Made by a program: the position numbers and the translations under genes
Notes under the pieces: model-generated
Database searches by the model: none
What the model saw: the letters and a program-made list of their open reading frames with translations, nothing else
Told to the model about the DNA's origin: nothing
Shown here: positions 39,783 through 55,207 of the stretch, piece by piece
Layout: each line of letters starts with the position of its first letter
Numbering within the stretch: the first letter of the stretch is position 1
Assembly (NCBI GenBank): GCA_951406725.2
Contig: OX597837.1
Span: forward strand, 8,122,001 to 8,186,000
Length of the DNA: 64,000 nt
Source of the DNA: Octopus vulgaris
Lineage: Eukaryota
Direction: 5' to 3'

Positions 39783-40062
39783 TAATAGAATATGGAACGC
39801 TTCATGAATTTGCTTTTCCGCTTTACGCAGAGCTACGGTTCCAGTTTTGCTAGAAACAACGCCGAAGCAATTGTGTGCTGTATATTTCAATGTGGATGCG
39901 TTTGTCAATGATTCGGCTAAATTCGATCGTTTAGTCGTTAAGACAAGACGGTAAAACATGGGAAGAAGAACATTTGGGAGTAAAGGTTGTGCACATGCAA
40001 GAAAAGCAATGGCGCATACCTAAGGTCTAAAAAGATATGTTCACTCAATAAATGAGCGAGAG

Positions 40063-40118
<56 letters not shown>

Positions 40119-40324
40119 CATACACAAATACATAGACACACACAAACATACACATTCATACATTAATTCAGGAATATATAAATCACTTTAGATTTCTTGA
40201 CACAAAGAATACTTGTCACTTCGAAGAACTTAAATATCGAAATGTCAAAGAAAAATATAAATATATTCATGGCTAAATTCTTACATTCATTTCTGTATGT
40301 ATGTATGTATGTATGTATGTATAA

Positions 40325-40386
<62 letters not shown>

Positions 40387-40428
40387 GTATATATACAGAT
40401 ATAAATATATGTATATGTAGGTAGATAG

Positions 40429-40467
<39 letters not shown>

Positions 40468-40541
40468 CATATAATTGCGCACACACATACAATCCACTAT
40501 ATAAGTTTATATATATAAATATATATGTGTAAGTGTATATG

Positions 40542-40575
<34 letters not shown>

Positions 40576-41411
40576 AAGAAAGAGAGAGAGAGAGAGAACA
40601 TCCAGATAAACATCCGTAAATTCATATGCTAATATATGTGTTCATGCGTATATGTATATACATAATCATATGTATAGAGATACACATACGCACACAAATT
40701 TATACATGTATACATACGTACATACATACGTACATACATACATACATACATACATACACACATACATGAAGATGGGTGTGAATGTATAAGTGCATGATCC
40801 CATAAAACACCTTTTAAAGTTAATGTACCCCAGTTCGTGCCTCCAGTTTTATGACGAAAATTTGTTGATACATACATGCACACATACATAAATACATATA
40901 TACATACATGCATATGTATATATGTATGTATGTGAGTGTGAGTGTGTGTGTTTTGTGTGTGTGTGTGTTTGTACAAATGTGTGCTCTCCCTTTCATGTCT
41001 TCAATTTTTCGTTAATCGGCAGCCATTTTGATTCGCCGTTCGATTTCATGACTAGATGCTGCTGTGCAAATAAAATTCCAATAAAAGACAATATAAGGCA
41101 ATAACCGAAGACAGCAGACACATGGAATTATTGAGGTAGTTTGTGCCGAGGTATTAAAGTCAATTCCGCTATGTTACTCTCCCAAGAGGAATTAAGGAAC
41201 ACGAACCTGAGGTGCGCAGATTTCTTCTATTATATAAACATATATGTAGTATTGTGGACTGCTTCGTAGAAGTGCATATATGCGTGTCTCCAAATATATG
41301 CACACGAGCATAAATATATACGTACATACACACACATATGTATATAAATATATGTATATACATGCATATACACTTATATACATATATTTATATATATATA
41401 TATATATATAT

Positions 41412-41512
41412 GTGGAGGCGCAATGGCCTAGCGGTTAGGGCAGCGGACTGCGGTCGGAGGATCGCGGTTTCGATTCCCAGACCGGGCGTTGTGTGTGTTT
41501 ATTGAGCGAAAA
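41412..41512 (+). mobile_element. tRNA-like SINE head (family C/D), truncated
   Basis: GTGGAGGCGCAATGGCCTAGCGGTTAGGGCAGCGGACT...GGTTTCGATTCCCAGACCGGGCG. Same head at 51333 and 62357. Confidence 0.8.
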
Positions 41513-41586
41513 AAACAATACATACGAAACAAGTAAAAAAAAAAAAAAAAAAAAAAGGATATATTTATATATGTATATATATACAC

Positions 41587-41630
<44 letters not shown>

Positions 41631-41714
41631 GTAATATGCAAATACATTCAAACACATATATAGACACGTATATACTTATAGCGATGGATACATGTATATA
41701 TGCATGTGTACATA

Positions 41715-41764
<50 letters not shown>

Positions 41765-41767
41765 CAT

Positions 41768-41804
<37 letters not shown>

Positions 41805-42028
41805 CATGCATACATACATACCTACATACTTATCCACACATGTGCATACAGGCGCCCACCACACCCACAAGTATGTATATATTTTAAACATACGTGCGTA
41901 CGACTGTGATTAAATCCTCCGAAAATGAGTTCATTTTTGGTTTTGGAACGATATTTTTCGTAACCTGGCTAGGCTCCATTATAGCTACAATACAATGACA
42001 GCAATTAGAAATGGAACAAAAGTGACAA

Positions 42029-42076
<48 letters not shown>

Positions 42077-42379
42077 AGTGCGCATGTATGTGTGTGTGTG
42101 CATTCATACCTATATCTTTATATAGCTAATGTGTATACATATATTTATAGATTTCCTCTTCAGTATAGTCCACATAATATATATTAAGTCATACTATATT
42201 TTCACTCGCTTCCGTATGTGTATATTTGGGCAAATACAAAACTGAGCTCAGGTATATGTGTGATATATATATAAATGTATGTGTGTGTGTGTGTATGTAC
42301 ATATAAATATACATAGATATGTCTGTGTGTGTACCACATGCTCTTACGTACTTAGAATTGTAGTTATACTAATAATTGT

Positions 42380-42423
<44 letters not shown>

Positions 42424-42539
42424 GTTATACATACAAACGTATTTGTACACACACACACATATGTATGCATGTAGGTATGTATATATATTTGCGCGTGTGT
42501 GAGTATGTAGATTTTTAAATGTGTGCATGTATGCATGTA

Positions 42540-42621
<82 letters not shown>

Positions 42622-42659
42622 TATTTATATCTATTTATATGCATATTTATGTCTGTCTG

Positions 42660-42698
<39 letters not shown>

Positions 42699-42731
42699 GT
42701 CTGTCTGTCTATCTATTTATCTATCTATTTA

Positions 42732-42785
<54 letters not shown>

Positions 42786-42910
42786 GATATGGATATAGAT
42801 CGATTGATAGATAGATAGACAGACATACATACATACATACATATGTATACATATATTTACGTCTGTGAGTATGTACGTATATATATGTGTGTGTGTATAT
42901 ATATATGTGA

Positions 42911-42953
<43 letters not shown>

Positions 42954-43967
42954 TGGTCACTGCCAAAGTTACATTTATGAATATTCCACATGAAATATTT
43001 CGAATAAAATCTTCCAACACCCTGTCGCCACCCACACACACACACACACACCATTTGTAATTTACAAAAGTCCATCATACATACGTTTATACATTTATGC
43101 TATAAACTGTTGTACGCCCTCCGTTTCTTTGGGCATATATATATATATATATATATTACACAGTCACACAAAAATATATACTCATAAGTACGCACACACA
43201 CACACATATATATACATACACACACACACACACACATACACACACACACACACACATATATATGTATACATACATACGTATATATATATATATATGTGTG
43301 TGTGTTTGTATATGTATATGTAAATACATACATACTGGAAATACATAAAAAGAAATATGAATGAATGTGTGCCAACAATGTATGTGTGTATGTGCCAATA
43401 ATGTGTATTTGTGTGTATGTGCCAACAAATTGTGTGTGTGGGTACGTGTTCGTGTGTACGCCTATACATATATACATATATCAAGCATGCCTATGTCCAT
43501 ATATACGTCTAAACTCACACATACGAACAGGCACATACACACACATATATATATCAACATACTATAAACCAAATGATCTACAAGCAACGGAACACATACA
43601 AAAGCACCAATGGACTCACACACACACACACACACACACGCACAAACTCACAAGCACTCAAAACCACCTATCACCAATCTCTCTCCCTTTATCTCACGTA
43701 CGGTAACTACTTTCGGACGTAAAGCGCTGTCCTATATGCCGAAGGTTTTTAATGCCTCTCTAACATAACTTTCCTTCAGCCATTAAAAGTGTTGCTAAAA
43801 ACGCTAGTTAAAATGGCCGCCATATCGTTTGTTTGAACTTCATCTTGTGAGCGTATTGGAAGTTTATTTAGTTCCTTGAACTCAATTTGAATCAGACCAA
43901 CCACATTTTACGAGCAAGTGTTTCTGTGTTTTTGTGTGTGATTATAAGGTGCGGGATGGTATATATG

Positions 43968-44045
<78 letters not shown>

Positions 44046-44057
44046 TATTTGCATTTA

Positions 44058-44097
<40 letters not shown>

Positions 44098-44169
44098 TAT
44101 ATATATATTTATATATATTTATATATGTGCGGCAGCCAAACTTTATATATACACATATATTTATACATG

Positions 44170-44211
<42 letters not shown>

Positions 44212-44256
44212 TCTTTACATATATATGAATATATATATATACATATATATATGTAT

Positions 44257-44301
<45 letters not shown>

Positions 44302-44569
44302 CATACAAATATATATGAGTATATATATAAATATATATATTCATGCTTATGAAGTACATATATGCATATGTGTGTACATACAGAGGCTCACACACCCAGC
44401 CATCCACACACGCACACACACATACACACACGTTTAAATATATACATAGATATACAATATCCCATCTTCTATGCACCAATCAAAAACGATATTAGGAAAG
44501 AAGACCGGCTCTCAAGTACCAAACCTATTTCGGTTTTGTTACATTTTCGTATTTAGCGAGAAAGTGGTC

Positions 44570-44655
<86 letters not shown>

Positions 44656-45219
44656 TTATATATATTTATATATGTGCGGCAGCCAAACTTTAGCAAATCA
44701 AAATTTTCCCATACATACATACATACATACATACATACATACATACATACATACATACATACATACATGCATACATACATACATACATACACAGGCGTGT
44801 AGCGTAGATGGAATCTATAGGTATATAATCCATCGCTACACGCGTTTCCACAAATTCCGTGTCTCTAGAGATAATAGTGCGTATTCTGAGGGATGATTAT
44901 AGAGTAGTCCGTAATTTCTGTCGGCATCGGGTTGATCATATTCATGGATTTATTTCTTCAGGCGACATAACATTAATGGATTTCTACGAGGGATACTTAT
45001 CCCTCTCGACCAGTGCGAAGGTTGATTGAGTTATGCGTTCAATGCTTATGAATTCCATCAAGGGATCATTGTTGTTATTACTATATTTATTCTAGATTAT
45101 ATCGGTACAGCTCGACGCAACCCCCAAAGCTGTTTCACCATTCAGCATTATAAGACTGCGGCCAGCGTAATACAATAGTCTTATTTACATATTCAAACAT
45201 TTCTCATAAACGAATTTTA

Positions 45220-45274
<55 letters not shown>

Positions 45275-45471
45275 CATACATACATATATACATACATGCA
45301 TACATAAATACACACACACACACACATATATATATAGGCTTAGCTGACCAAAACTTCGAAGTCGCTGTCAACATCATTCTTGTTCAAGAGTAATAAATTT
45401 GTACTGTATCCCATGAGGTTTATATAAAATTGTTCCTGTTTCAACTGCGTATAAATTCAAGCATTAATATC

Positions 45472-45556
<85 letters not shown>

Positions 45557-45635
45557 TTATCTCTCTATTTATCTCTCTATCTATCTCTCTCTCTAACTCT
45601 CTCTCTATCTTTCTATCTCTCTATCTATCTCTCTA

Positions 45636-45715
<80 letters not shown>

Positions 45716-45802
45716 ACTCTCTCTCTCTCTCTATCTATGTGTATGTCCGCATGTGTGTATCTATATATATGTGTATATGTGTGTGTATATATTTATATAT
45801 GG

Positions 45803-45858
<56 letters not shown>

Positions 45859-46817
45859 ATTATACACAAGTATACGTATACACTCACCGTGCTCAGGTCT
45901 GCCCAGGGTTATAGGTGAAACCACATGCCCAGGGTACAACGCACTGGAACCGATCCTGGAACCATGTGACTGGGAGGCAAACTTCTTAGCACGCAGTCAC
46001 GATATGATAAATAAGGAAGGTCACGGACGGAACGTAGTTGATTCATAGGCATAGGTCTTCTGTGTCGAAAATGATCCCTGGTTAATCGTTAGAGTTATTG
46101 TCACCATCCAATCGCCATTGCCGCCATCGTTGTCATCGTCGTCGTTGCTGTTGTGTGTGTATGTGTGTGTGTGTGTGTGGGGGGGGGGTTGTCGTCGTCT
46201 TGGTGATCGCCATCATCATCATCATTACCACCACCACCAACAACAATAACAACAACAACGCCACCACCACCACCACCACTATCAGCTAGATCACAATCAG
46301 AATGATGATGATGATGATGATGAGGGTGATGATGATGATGTCGATGATGATGATTATCATCATCATCATCATCATCATCATCGTCATTATCATCATCATA
46401 ATCATCATCATCGTCATCATCACTACCATCACCATCACCATCACCATCATCATCCTCACCATCATCATCGTCATAATCATCATTTTTGACCATCATCATC
46501 ATGGTTATCATAAACAGAAAGGCCGAGTTATTTGTCATTACAAACATGACCGTAGACTCTGTCTCTGGATTAACTAACTTCCAATGGATTTCGAAGAGTT
46601 TTCTGAAGAATTTAATGTTTTAGGAATTTAGATTTCAAAGTCTACAAACCGATGTCACTTTCTCTCTGTGTGTGTGTGTCTGTGTCTGTGTCTGTGTGTG
46701 CGTGTGTGTGTTGTGGTGTGTGTGACTTTGTGTCTGTCCTCATTGAAGAAGGTTACTGCATTTTTAATCAACGCATACATACAATCACACACATATAGAC
46801 AGACAGAGAATCATTTA

Positions 46818-46873
<56 letters not shown>

Positions 46874-46967
46874 CATACATACATACATAGATGCATCTAC
46901 GCATACATAAACATTCATGCATATATGTGTATAAAAATGTACGTACATACGCATGTATGTATACATA

Positions 46968-47003
<36 letters not shown>

Positions 47004-48224
47004 CTTATATATATAAGCACATGTACGTATGTATGTATATATATATCCACCTACTTACCTATCTATATGTATATGCGTGTGTGTGCGTGCGTGTATATGT
47101 GTGTGTAAGTGTGTGTGTGTGTGTATTTGTGTGAGTGTGTGTGTTCGTGGTGTGATTACATATTGTGCTAGCGTAGTTGAGAAGTAGATAACACGAAAGT
47201 TTACATCAAGTAGTTGTGAAAAATAAATTTACTTAAATAAATAATTTCTTAAAGACAAAGCCATTTTTTCTTTTCTTTTTTTGTTTTTGTTGTTGAAAGA
47301 TGGCGGCTGGAGATTGTGAAATTTCTTTATGGCTGAGGTTAACAGCAATGAAGTTGCATGTTGGGATTATCTGAGCAACAGTACGGGTTACTGTGTAATG
47401 GAAAAAACGAAATTAGTTATGTATGTGTGTGTATGTATGTACGTATGTACGTATGTATGTATGTATGTATGTATGTATGTATGTATGTATGTGTGTGTGT
47501 ATGTATGTATGTATGTATGTATGTATGTATGTGTGTGTGTGCATAGGTATGTATCTATGTATGTGTGTGTATATATATGTATGTATGCATGTATATATGT
47601 GTATTGTTTGTATGTATGTGTACTTATGTGTGTATGTATGCATGCATATATATATGCATATATGTATGTATGAATGTATGTATGTATGCATGTATGTATG
47701 CATATATGTGTACTTATGTATGTATGCATGCATGTATATATGTATATATGTATGAATGTATGAATGTATGTATGTATGTATGAATGTATGTATGTATGCA
47801 TGTATGCATGTATGTGTACATATGTATGTATATACGTATGTATGTGTACATGTGTACGTATTTATAAATGCGTGTGTTCGTATGTAAAAGTGCATGTATG
47901 TATATATATATATATATATATATTTCTTTATTGCCCACTATATATATATATATATACGTTCGTGTGTGTGTGTGCGTTTGTGTGTGTATGTATGTGTGTA
48001 TCTACGCACGAACGTTCACATATATATATATTTTTGTAGATATGCTAAGTCGACGAACTGGCTGTTATTGAAGCGTAATAATAGAATACATGGAGGTATT
48101 TTTTTCGGTTCCCTGCGCTTTGCGTTCAAATCCCACCAGGGCAAGTTAACTTTTCATTATTTACGATTCGATGAATAATATATCAGTTAAATACTAAATC
48201 ATTCAGCCTTGGTCTTTTTCACTC

Positions 48225-48575
48225 TCTCTCTCTCTCTCTCTCTCTGTTTCTAGCTCTCCTTCTCTCATTCATTCTCTCTCTCCCTCTCTCTCTGTTTATA
48301 GCTCTCCTTCTCTCATTCATTCTCTCTCTCCCTCTCTCTCTGTTTATAGCTCTCCTTCTCTCATTCATTCTCTCTCTCCCTCTCTCTCTGTTTATAGCTC
48401 TCCTTCTCTCATTCATTCTCTCTCTCCCTCTCTCTCTGTTTATAGCTCTCCTTCTCTCATTCATTCTCTCTCTCCCTCTCTCTCTGTTTATAGCTCTCCT
48501 ACTCTCATTCATTCTCTCTCTCACTCTCTCTCTGTTTATAGCTCTCCTACTCTCATTCATTCTCTCTCTCACTCT
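48225..48575. repeat. 48-bp minisatellite, ~7 copies
   Basis: (CTCTCTGTTTATAGCTCTCCTTCTCTCATTCATTCTCTCTCTCCCTCT)n. Confidence 0.92.
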
Positions 48576-48856
48576 CTATCTCTTTCTGGCCATCTCTCTC
48601 TCCCTCTCTCTCCCTCTACCTCTTTCTCTCCCCCCCCCCCTCTCTCTCTCAGTATAGGCTACAACCATCAAGATGGTTACTTGTCAAAACGACCCTAAGA
48701 AAAGCAACACAAAATGCCTCTGTATATTTCTCCGAAAATTCAATGACACGCTTACAATTTTTGTCACCAGACGTCGCTGTCGTACTGATGGCGTATACAA
48801 GAAAGCATTTACGTATGCATGTATGCATGCTAAAATGGATTTATATAAGCTTGTAA

Positions 48857-48966
<110 letters not shown>

Positions 48967-49086
48967 GTGTATGTATGTATTCCGGATTAGGCACGTAAAT
49001 GTGAAACAAGGTGGAAATAACGAGTATTCAAATACCAGAGGTAGAGTAATATGCTCTATTTAAAAGCAGCAGAAATATAACGAAAG

Positions 49087-49124
49087 CTGTTACTCAGAGT
49101 TTCACGTTTCCGTTCGTCGGACAG
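49087..49124 (-). ncRNA. Minimal type I hammerhead (left arm)
   Basis: CTGT CCGACGA ACG-GAAA-CGT GAAA CTCTGAG T A ACAG. Confidence 0.65.
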
Positions 49125-49138
49125 CTTTGTAAACAAAA

Positions 49139-49176
49139 CTGTCCGACGAACGGGAACGTGAAACTCTGAGTAACAG
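49139..49176 (+). ncRNA. Minimal type I hammerhead (right arm)
   Basis: CTGT CCGACGA ACG-GGAA-CGT GAAA CTCTGAG T A ACAG. GNRA-capped stem II, quasi-palindromic ACTC-T-GAGT stem III, GUA site. Confidence 0.68.
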
Positions 49177-49377
49177 CTTTTGTTATATTTCTGCTGCTTT
49201 TAAATAAATCACACACACACACACACACACAAGTATGTATATTTATATCTGCATGCACATTTATTTGTGCATTGAACGTATGCAAATATAGAATATACAC
49301 TTCTGTGTTTCGACTTGATTTATGTATCTATACATTTGGATGAGCGTTCTCTCTCTTTCTTTTTCTATATATGTATT

Positions 49378-50385
<1,008 letters not shown>

Positions 50386-50391
50386 AACTAC

Positions 50392-50484
50392 TATTTAAAA
50401 GCAGTAGAAATATAACAAAAGTTGTTACTCGGAGTTTCCAGATCCCGTTCGTCGGACAGTTTTGTTAAAATAGAACATAAATAA

Positions 50485-50486
<2 letters not shown>
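50392..50486 (-). mobile_element. Third, degenerate copy of the 49057 hammerhead repeat arm
   Basis: TATTTAAAAGCAGTAGAAATATAAC...CCGTTCGTCGGACAGTTTTGT. Stem II is disrupted. Confidence 0.75.
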
Positions 50487-50532
<46 letters not shown>

Positions 50533-50661
50533 CTTTATGCATGTATGTGTGCGTGTAAAAGATAAACGATATACTTACTGAAAGTTATTTTAAATTGATT
50601 TTGTCGGGGAAAATCTATGATTCTATGCATGTAAACAAAATTTCGGGACTATGTAGTGGAG

Positions 50662-50770
50662 AAGTACTAGGCTTACAAAGAATAAGTCCTGGGGTAAATT
50701 TGCTCGGCTAAAGGTGGTGCTCCAGCATGGCTGCAGTCAAATGAATGAAACAAGTAAAAAAATAAAAGAA
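50662..50770 (+). mobile_element. SINE family B 3' tail
   Basis: AAGTACTAGGCTTACAAAGAATAAGTCC...GTGCTCCAGCATGG...GAAACAAGTAAAA. Confidence 0.8.
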
Positions 50771-51332
50771 TATATGTATTTTCTGCTTATTTATTATTTT
50801 TTTTTTTACAAAAAAGGAATCTTCATGTATTCCTGTTGATAGATTTCAAAAGGAAATGATACATAGTGCAAAGGATTGGATCTTCCTTCTATGGCAGTCT
50901 CATTGAGCTTTTGTATGTTTTTTTTTTTGAAACAGCCATTTTTTCACTGAAAAATAAATTTCACTTTCGTTATTAGCGCCGTTGCATCCCAATATTTTCG
51001 CAGCGCGGGGTTTCAGAGAGAGCGTGAGGAGGGGTAGGTGAGAGAGGGTATCAAAGTTGATTCAAAGAATGAGAGTGTAGTGACGAAGCCACATTGGTTA
51101 CAAGGAATCAGCACCAACGTCATGGCGATAGTCTGAAGAAAAATGGCCGCTGTAGCAATGAAAAGCATTGACGTCACTGTTACAATATTGATACACCGCT
51201 ACTGTGTTGGTATCAGTGCATGTGAACGAGAAGAATTCCATTGCCATTTAGGGTAGCTGTTGCGACAAAAACGATGACGAATTTCCACAAAAATGACAAG
51301 TTACAGTAAGAACGACAACGATGACAACAACA

Positions 51333-51429
51333 GTGGAGATGCAATGACCCAGTGGTTAGGGCAGCGGACTCGCAGTCGTAAGAATGCAGTTTCGATTCCC
51401 AGACCGGGCATTGTGAGTGTTTATTGAGC
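51333..51429 (+). mobile_element. tRNA-like SINE head (family C/D), fused to an inverted family A head
   Basis: GTGGAGATGCAATGACCCAGTGGTTAGGGCAGCGGACTCGC...TTTATTGAGC, then ATTTCGCCAGGCG...CCAGCTCGCCGC. Confidence 0.75.
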
Positions 51430-51486
51430 ATTTCGCCAGGCGTTCTAACGTTTCTGCCAGCTCGCCGCATAGGTAATGATATTACC

Positions 51487-52081
51487 TATTTCTTTACTAC
51501 CCACAAGGGGTTAAACACAGAGGGGCAAACAAGGACAGACAAAGGGATTAAGTCGATTACATCGACCCCAGTGCGTAACTGGAACATAATTTATCGACCC
51601 CGAAAGGATGAAAGGCAAAGTCGACCTCGGCGGAATTTGAATTCAGAACGTAATGGCAGACGAAATACCTATTTTTTTACTACCCACAAGGGGCTAAACA
51701 CAGAGGGGACAAACAAGGACAGACAAAGGGATTAAATCGATTACATCGACCCCAGTGTGTAACTGGTACTTAATTTATCGACCCCGAAAGGATGAAAGGC
51801 AAAGTCGACCTCGGCGGAATTTGAACTCAGATCGTAGCAGTAGAATACTTATTTCTTTACTACCCACAAGGGGCTAAACACAGAGGGGACAAACAAGGAC
51901 AGACATAGGTATTAAGTCGATTACATCGACCCCAGTGCGTAACTGGTACTTAATTTATCGACCCCGAAAGGATGAAAGGCAAAGTCGACCTCCGTGGAAT
52001 TTGAACTCAGAACGTAACGGCCGACGAAATACGGCTACGCATTTCGCCCGGCGTGCTAACGATTCTGCCAGCTCGCAGCCT
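51487..52081 (-). mobile_element. SINE family A tandem trimer within one target-site duplication
   Basis: Three ~180-bp units, with only the rightmost carrying the tRNA head. AATGATATTACC at 51475-51486 and 52084-52095. Confidence 0.9.
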
Positions 52082-52215
52082 CCAATGATATTACCAAGAG
52101 TAGAAGTTTACACCGGAAACCGCAAACCGTGCAAAATTTGCATGAGAAAAATATTAGAAAACTTATTCGCATACATACATACATACATACATACATACAT
52201 ACATACATACATACA

Positions 52216-52249
<34 letters not shown>

Positions 52250-52282
52250 CATACATATTGGTACGTAAATGCATACAGACAA

Positions 52283-52420
52283 ATTCGTCTCCCGAGTGCG
52301 ACTCTGCCTTTCATCCTTTCGGAGTCGATAAGTTAAATACCAGCTGCGTACTGGAGTCGATCCAATCGACTGACTCCCTTTCCAAAAATTTCGGAGCTTG
52401 TGCCTAGAACAGAAAAGATA
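52283..52420 (+). mobile_element. SINE family A, 3' part
   Basis: GACTCTGCCTTTCATCCTTTCGGAGTCGATAAG...AAAAATTTCGGAGCTTGTGCCTAGAACAGAAAAG. Confidence 0.75.
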
Positions 52421-52739
52421 AATTCGTTTCTTTCTTTTTTTCCTCCATCTATTTTAATCCTTTCCAGTGTTATTTCAATGAACAAGAAGAATAGTATTTT
52501 GCGCCATTTTTTGTAGCTCTGTTCTTCTTCTATAGATTTTGTTTATCTTTTTTGAAATTTCAAAAGATTTTTATATCTTTTCAGATATAAGGCAATGGAG
52601 TGCCTAACAGAATATCACAAACGAATTTATTTGGCAACAACAAAGATACAGAGAAATACATACATATACATATAAATACATACATACATATATATATATA
52701 CTTATATAGATTCATATATAAATATCTCTCTCTCTCTCA

Positions 52740-52771
<32 letters not shown>

Positions 52772-52879
52772 GTAATACACATATATATATAGTATATATA
52801 TATATACATTTATACATTACATATACAGTTTATACATATACATATATACTTATATACATATACATATACTTATATACAT

Positions 52880-52922
<43 letters not shown>

Positions 52923-52967
52923 GTATATATATATATACATATATACATAATATATATATATATATAT

Positions 52968-53025
<58 letters not shown>

Positions 53026-53403
53026 TGTATGTATGTATATACATTAATGATACATATACACCCATATACCTACTGGATGTCCATTACATGCTAATGGATT
53101 TTACATACATAATTTATTGCCGACATATTGACGCGTGTGTATAGGTGAAATAGGTCAAAGGGTGCGGGCGATAATTGTAATGTCGGTTGCCTGATGAATG
53201 GAAGAACAAGGCTATTCGATAAAAGGTATCCCTAAAAAAGGGAAGGCTTTTCTTCTTCCATAATCAATTAAACTACTTAAAATCCTTTTGTACTCTTCTT
53301 TCATTTTGTCCATTGATACTCGCTCTGCAATTCCCAGCTCATTTCCTCGCCCTTCTCAACACAAGCCTTTTATTTAATTATGTATGTGTGCATGTGTTTA
53401 GCC

Positions 53404-53614
<211 letters not shown>

Positions 53615-54415
53615 GGGGCCGACCTGCCCGAGATGCGGTCAGAGCGACGAAACCGCTCTGCACGCAATCGTGCAGTGTCCAGCAATTTCCGACCTGTGGG
53701 CTTGTGTCGAACGACTGCTGTCACGTGTGGGACGTGTCGGTTTATCAGCCGAGTCTATCGTTAATATCGTCACGCCTCCTTCCTTCAAACGGGAAGGAAG
53801 AGCTATTTTTATCATACTTGTGGCTATGGCGAAAGAATGTATCTGGTGGACGCGCCTGAAAGGATTAGAGACAAACACTTTCCTCTCTGATCAATCTCTG
53901 ATCAACTTCTTCAAGTATCACTTGAAGAGGAAAGTGAGAGTAGAGAGGCAAGTTTTGTTTAGTGAATGTTTTAAAAAAAGATGGGTGAATGTAGCAAGGA
54001 TGGCACGTATGAATGACGAAGCCACCTTTATTATGATTCTATGAACCATAAAAATTAATACAGAGAGTTGCTTATTTGCAAAAAAAAAAAAAAAAAAAAA
54101 GAAAAAAGAAATATAACATGTGACTTCATTGACCGAGGTTACCGTGATCTTTTCCGTAGGCTTTTCTTTCCACGGGTAAACCTCACCTGTCCTCCCCTTT
54201 ACACTTCATATTGACATTTCTGTGATAACGATCCCTATTATTCATTCCCCCCCCCTTTTTTTTAACCCCCTCCCCTTTTTTTTGTCCTTTTTCTTTCCTT
54301 TTACGATCCCTTTTGATCGAAAACCACCACTCTCCTTTTTTTACCCCCAAAAGAAAAGCTCTACCTTGTAATTTGTTCTAGCTGTGTGCAGCCCTGTGTG
54401 GCTAATAAAGAAACA
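53615..54415 (+). mobile_element. Tx1/L1-type LINE 3' end (CCHC zinc knuckle plus 3' UTR) inserted in (TCTA)n
   Basis: CPRCGQSDETALHAIVQC (C-x2-C..ET..H...C), IWWTR, stop at 54044, AATAAA at 54404. (TCTA)n directly on both sides. Confidence 0.88.
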
Positions 54416-54419
54416 TATC

Positions 54420-54467
<48 letters not shown>

Positions 54468-54939
54468 CACCCATACACCCACCCACCCAATAAATATAGC
54501 CACCTACCCACCTACCTATCTATGCTATGCATGTATGTATATATGTATATGCATGTCTATCTGTCTATATATTTATCTCTATATATATGTATATATATAT
54601 ATATATATATAATTACATATATGTATATATATATATGTATGTATACATATATGTAAGTATATATATGTATATATATATATATATATATATCTGTATATAT
54701 ATGTATATGTATATACATATATATATATATGTATATCTAGAGATATGTATGTATATATACATATATATATTTATATATATATGTATATATATGTATTTGT
54801 ATATATATGTATATTTATATATTTGTATATATATGTATATATATATATATTTGTATATATATGTATCTATATAAATATATTTGTATATATATATGTATAT
54901 ATATATCTATATTTATATGTATATATGCATATGTATATG

Positions 54940-55000
<61 letters not shown>

Positions 55001-55056
55001 TTTTAAAAAAATTATGAAAATATGGATGCTACCTTTTTGGTAAGAAGTATATCGTA

Positions 55057-55093
55057 GTGTGTTAGCGCTTTCGTTAAACCTTTTCAAGCGCAC
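55057..55093 (-). ncRNA. Minimal hammerhead with U3-A8 core in the PLE 3' region
   Basis: GTGCGC TTGAAAA G GT-TTA-AC GAAA GCGC T A ACACAC. Palindromic AGCGCT stem III, stem I eroded by two mismatches. About 115 nt downstream of the GIY-YIG stop on the same strand. Confidence 0.55.
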
Positions 55094-55207
55094 GTGCTCT
55101 TAATGAGGAAGTTGTCAGTTTTGTGGTATTTGTAGTTATATTTCCGGTTTATTTTCGGTTTTAGCCATAAATATTCTCTTACCATTTTTCATTATATGGA
55201 GTGTTGG

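Larger units (their letters stand above)
49057..49206. repeat. 150-bp near-perfect palindrome carrying two divergent hammerheads
   Basis: TATTTAAAAGCAGCAGAAATATAAC...GACAGCTTTGT-AA-ACAAAACTGTC...GTTATATTTCTGCTGCTTTTAAATA, with about 3 mismatches. Confidence 0.92.

Noticed and set aside
41132-41152. TGAGGTAGTTTGTGCC resembling let-7
   Set aside because: Only the seed matches, the rest differs from mature let-7, and I found no complementary star arm.
41412-41490. tRNA genes at 41412, 51333, 56368 and 62357
   Set aside because: They have A/B boxes but no closing acceptor stem, and they continue into shared SINE body sequence.
47298-47312. YY1-like AAGATGGCGGC (also ~43811, ~51140) and TGACGTCA CRE sites (~51169, ~61667)
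   Set aside because: Short motifs with no associated gene or promoter evidence, expected by chance in 64 kb.
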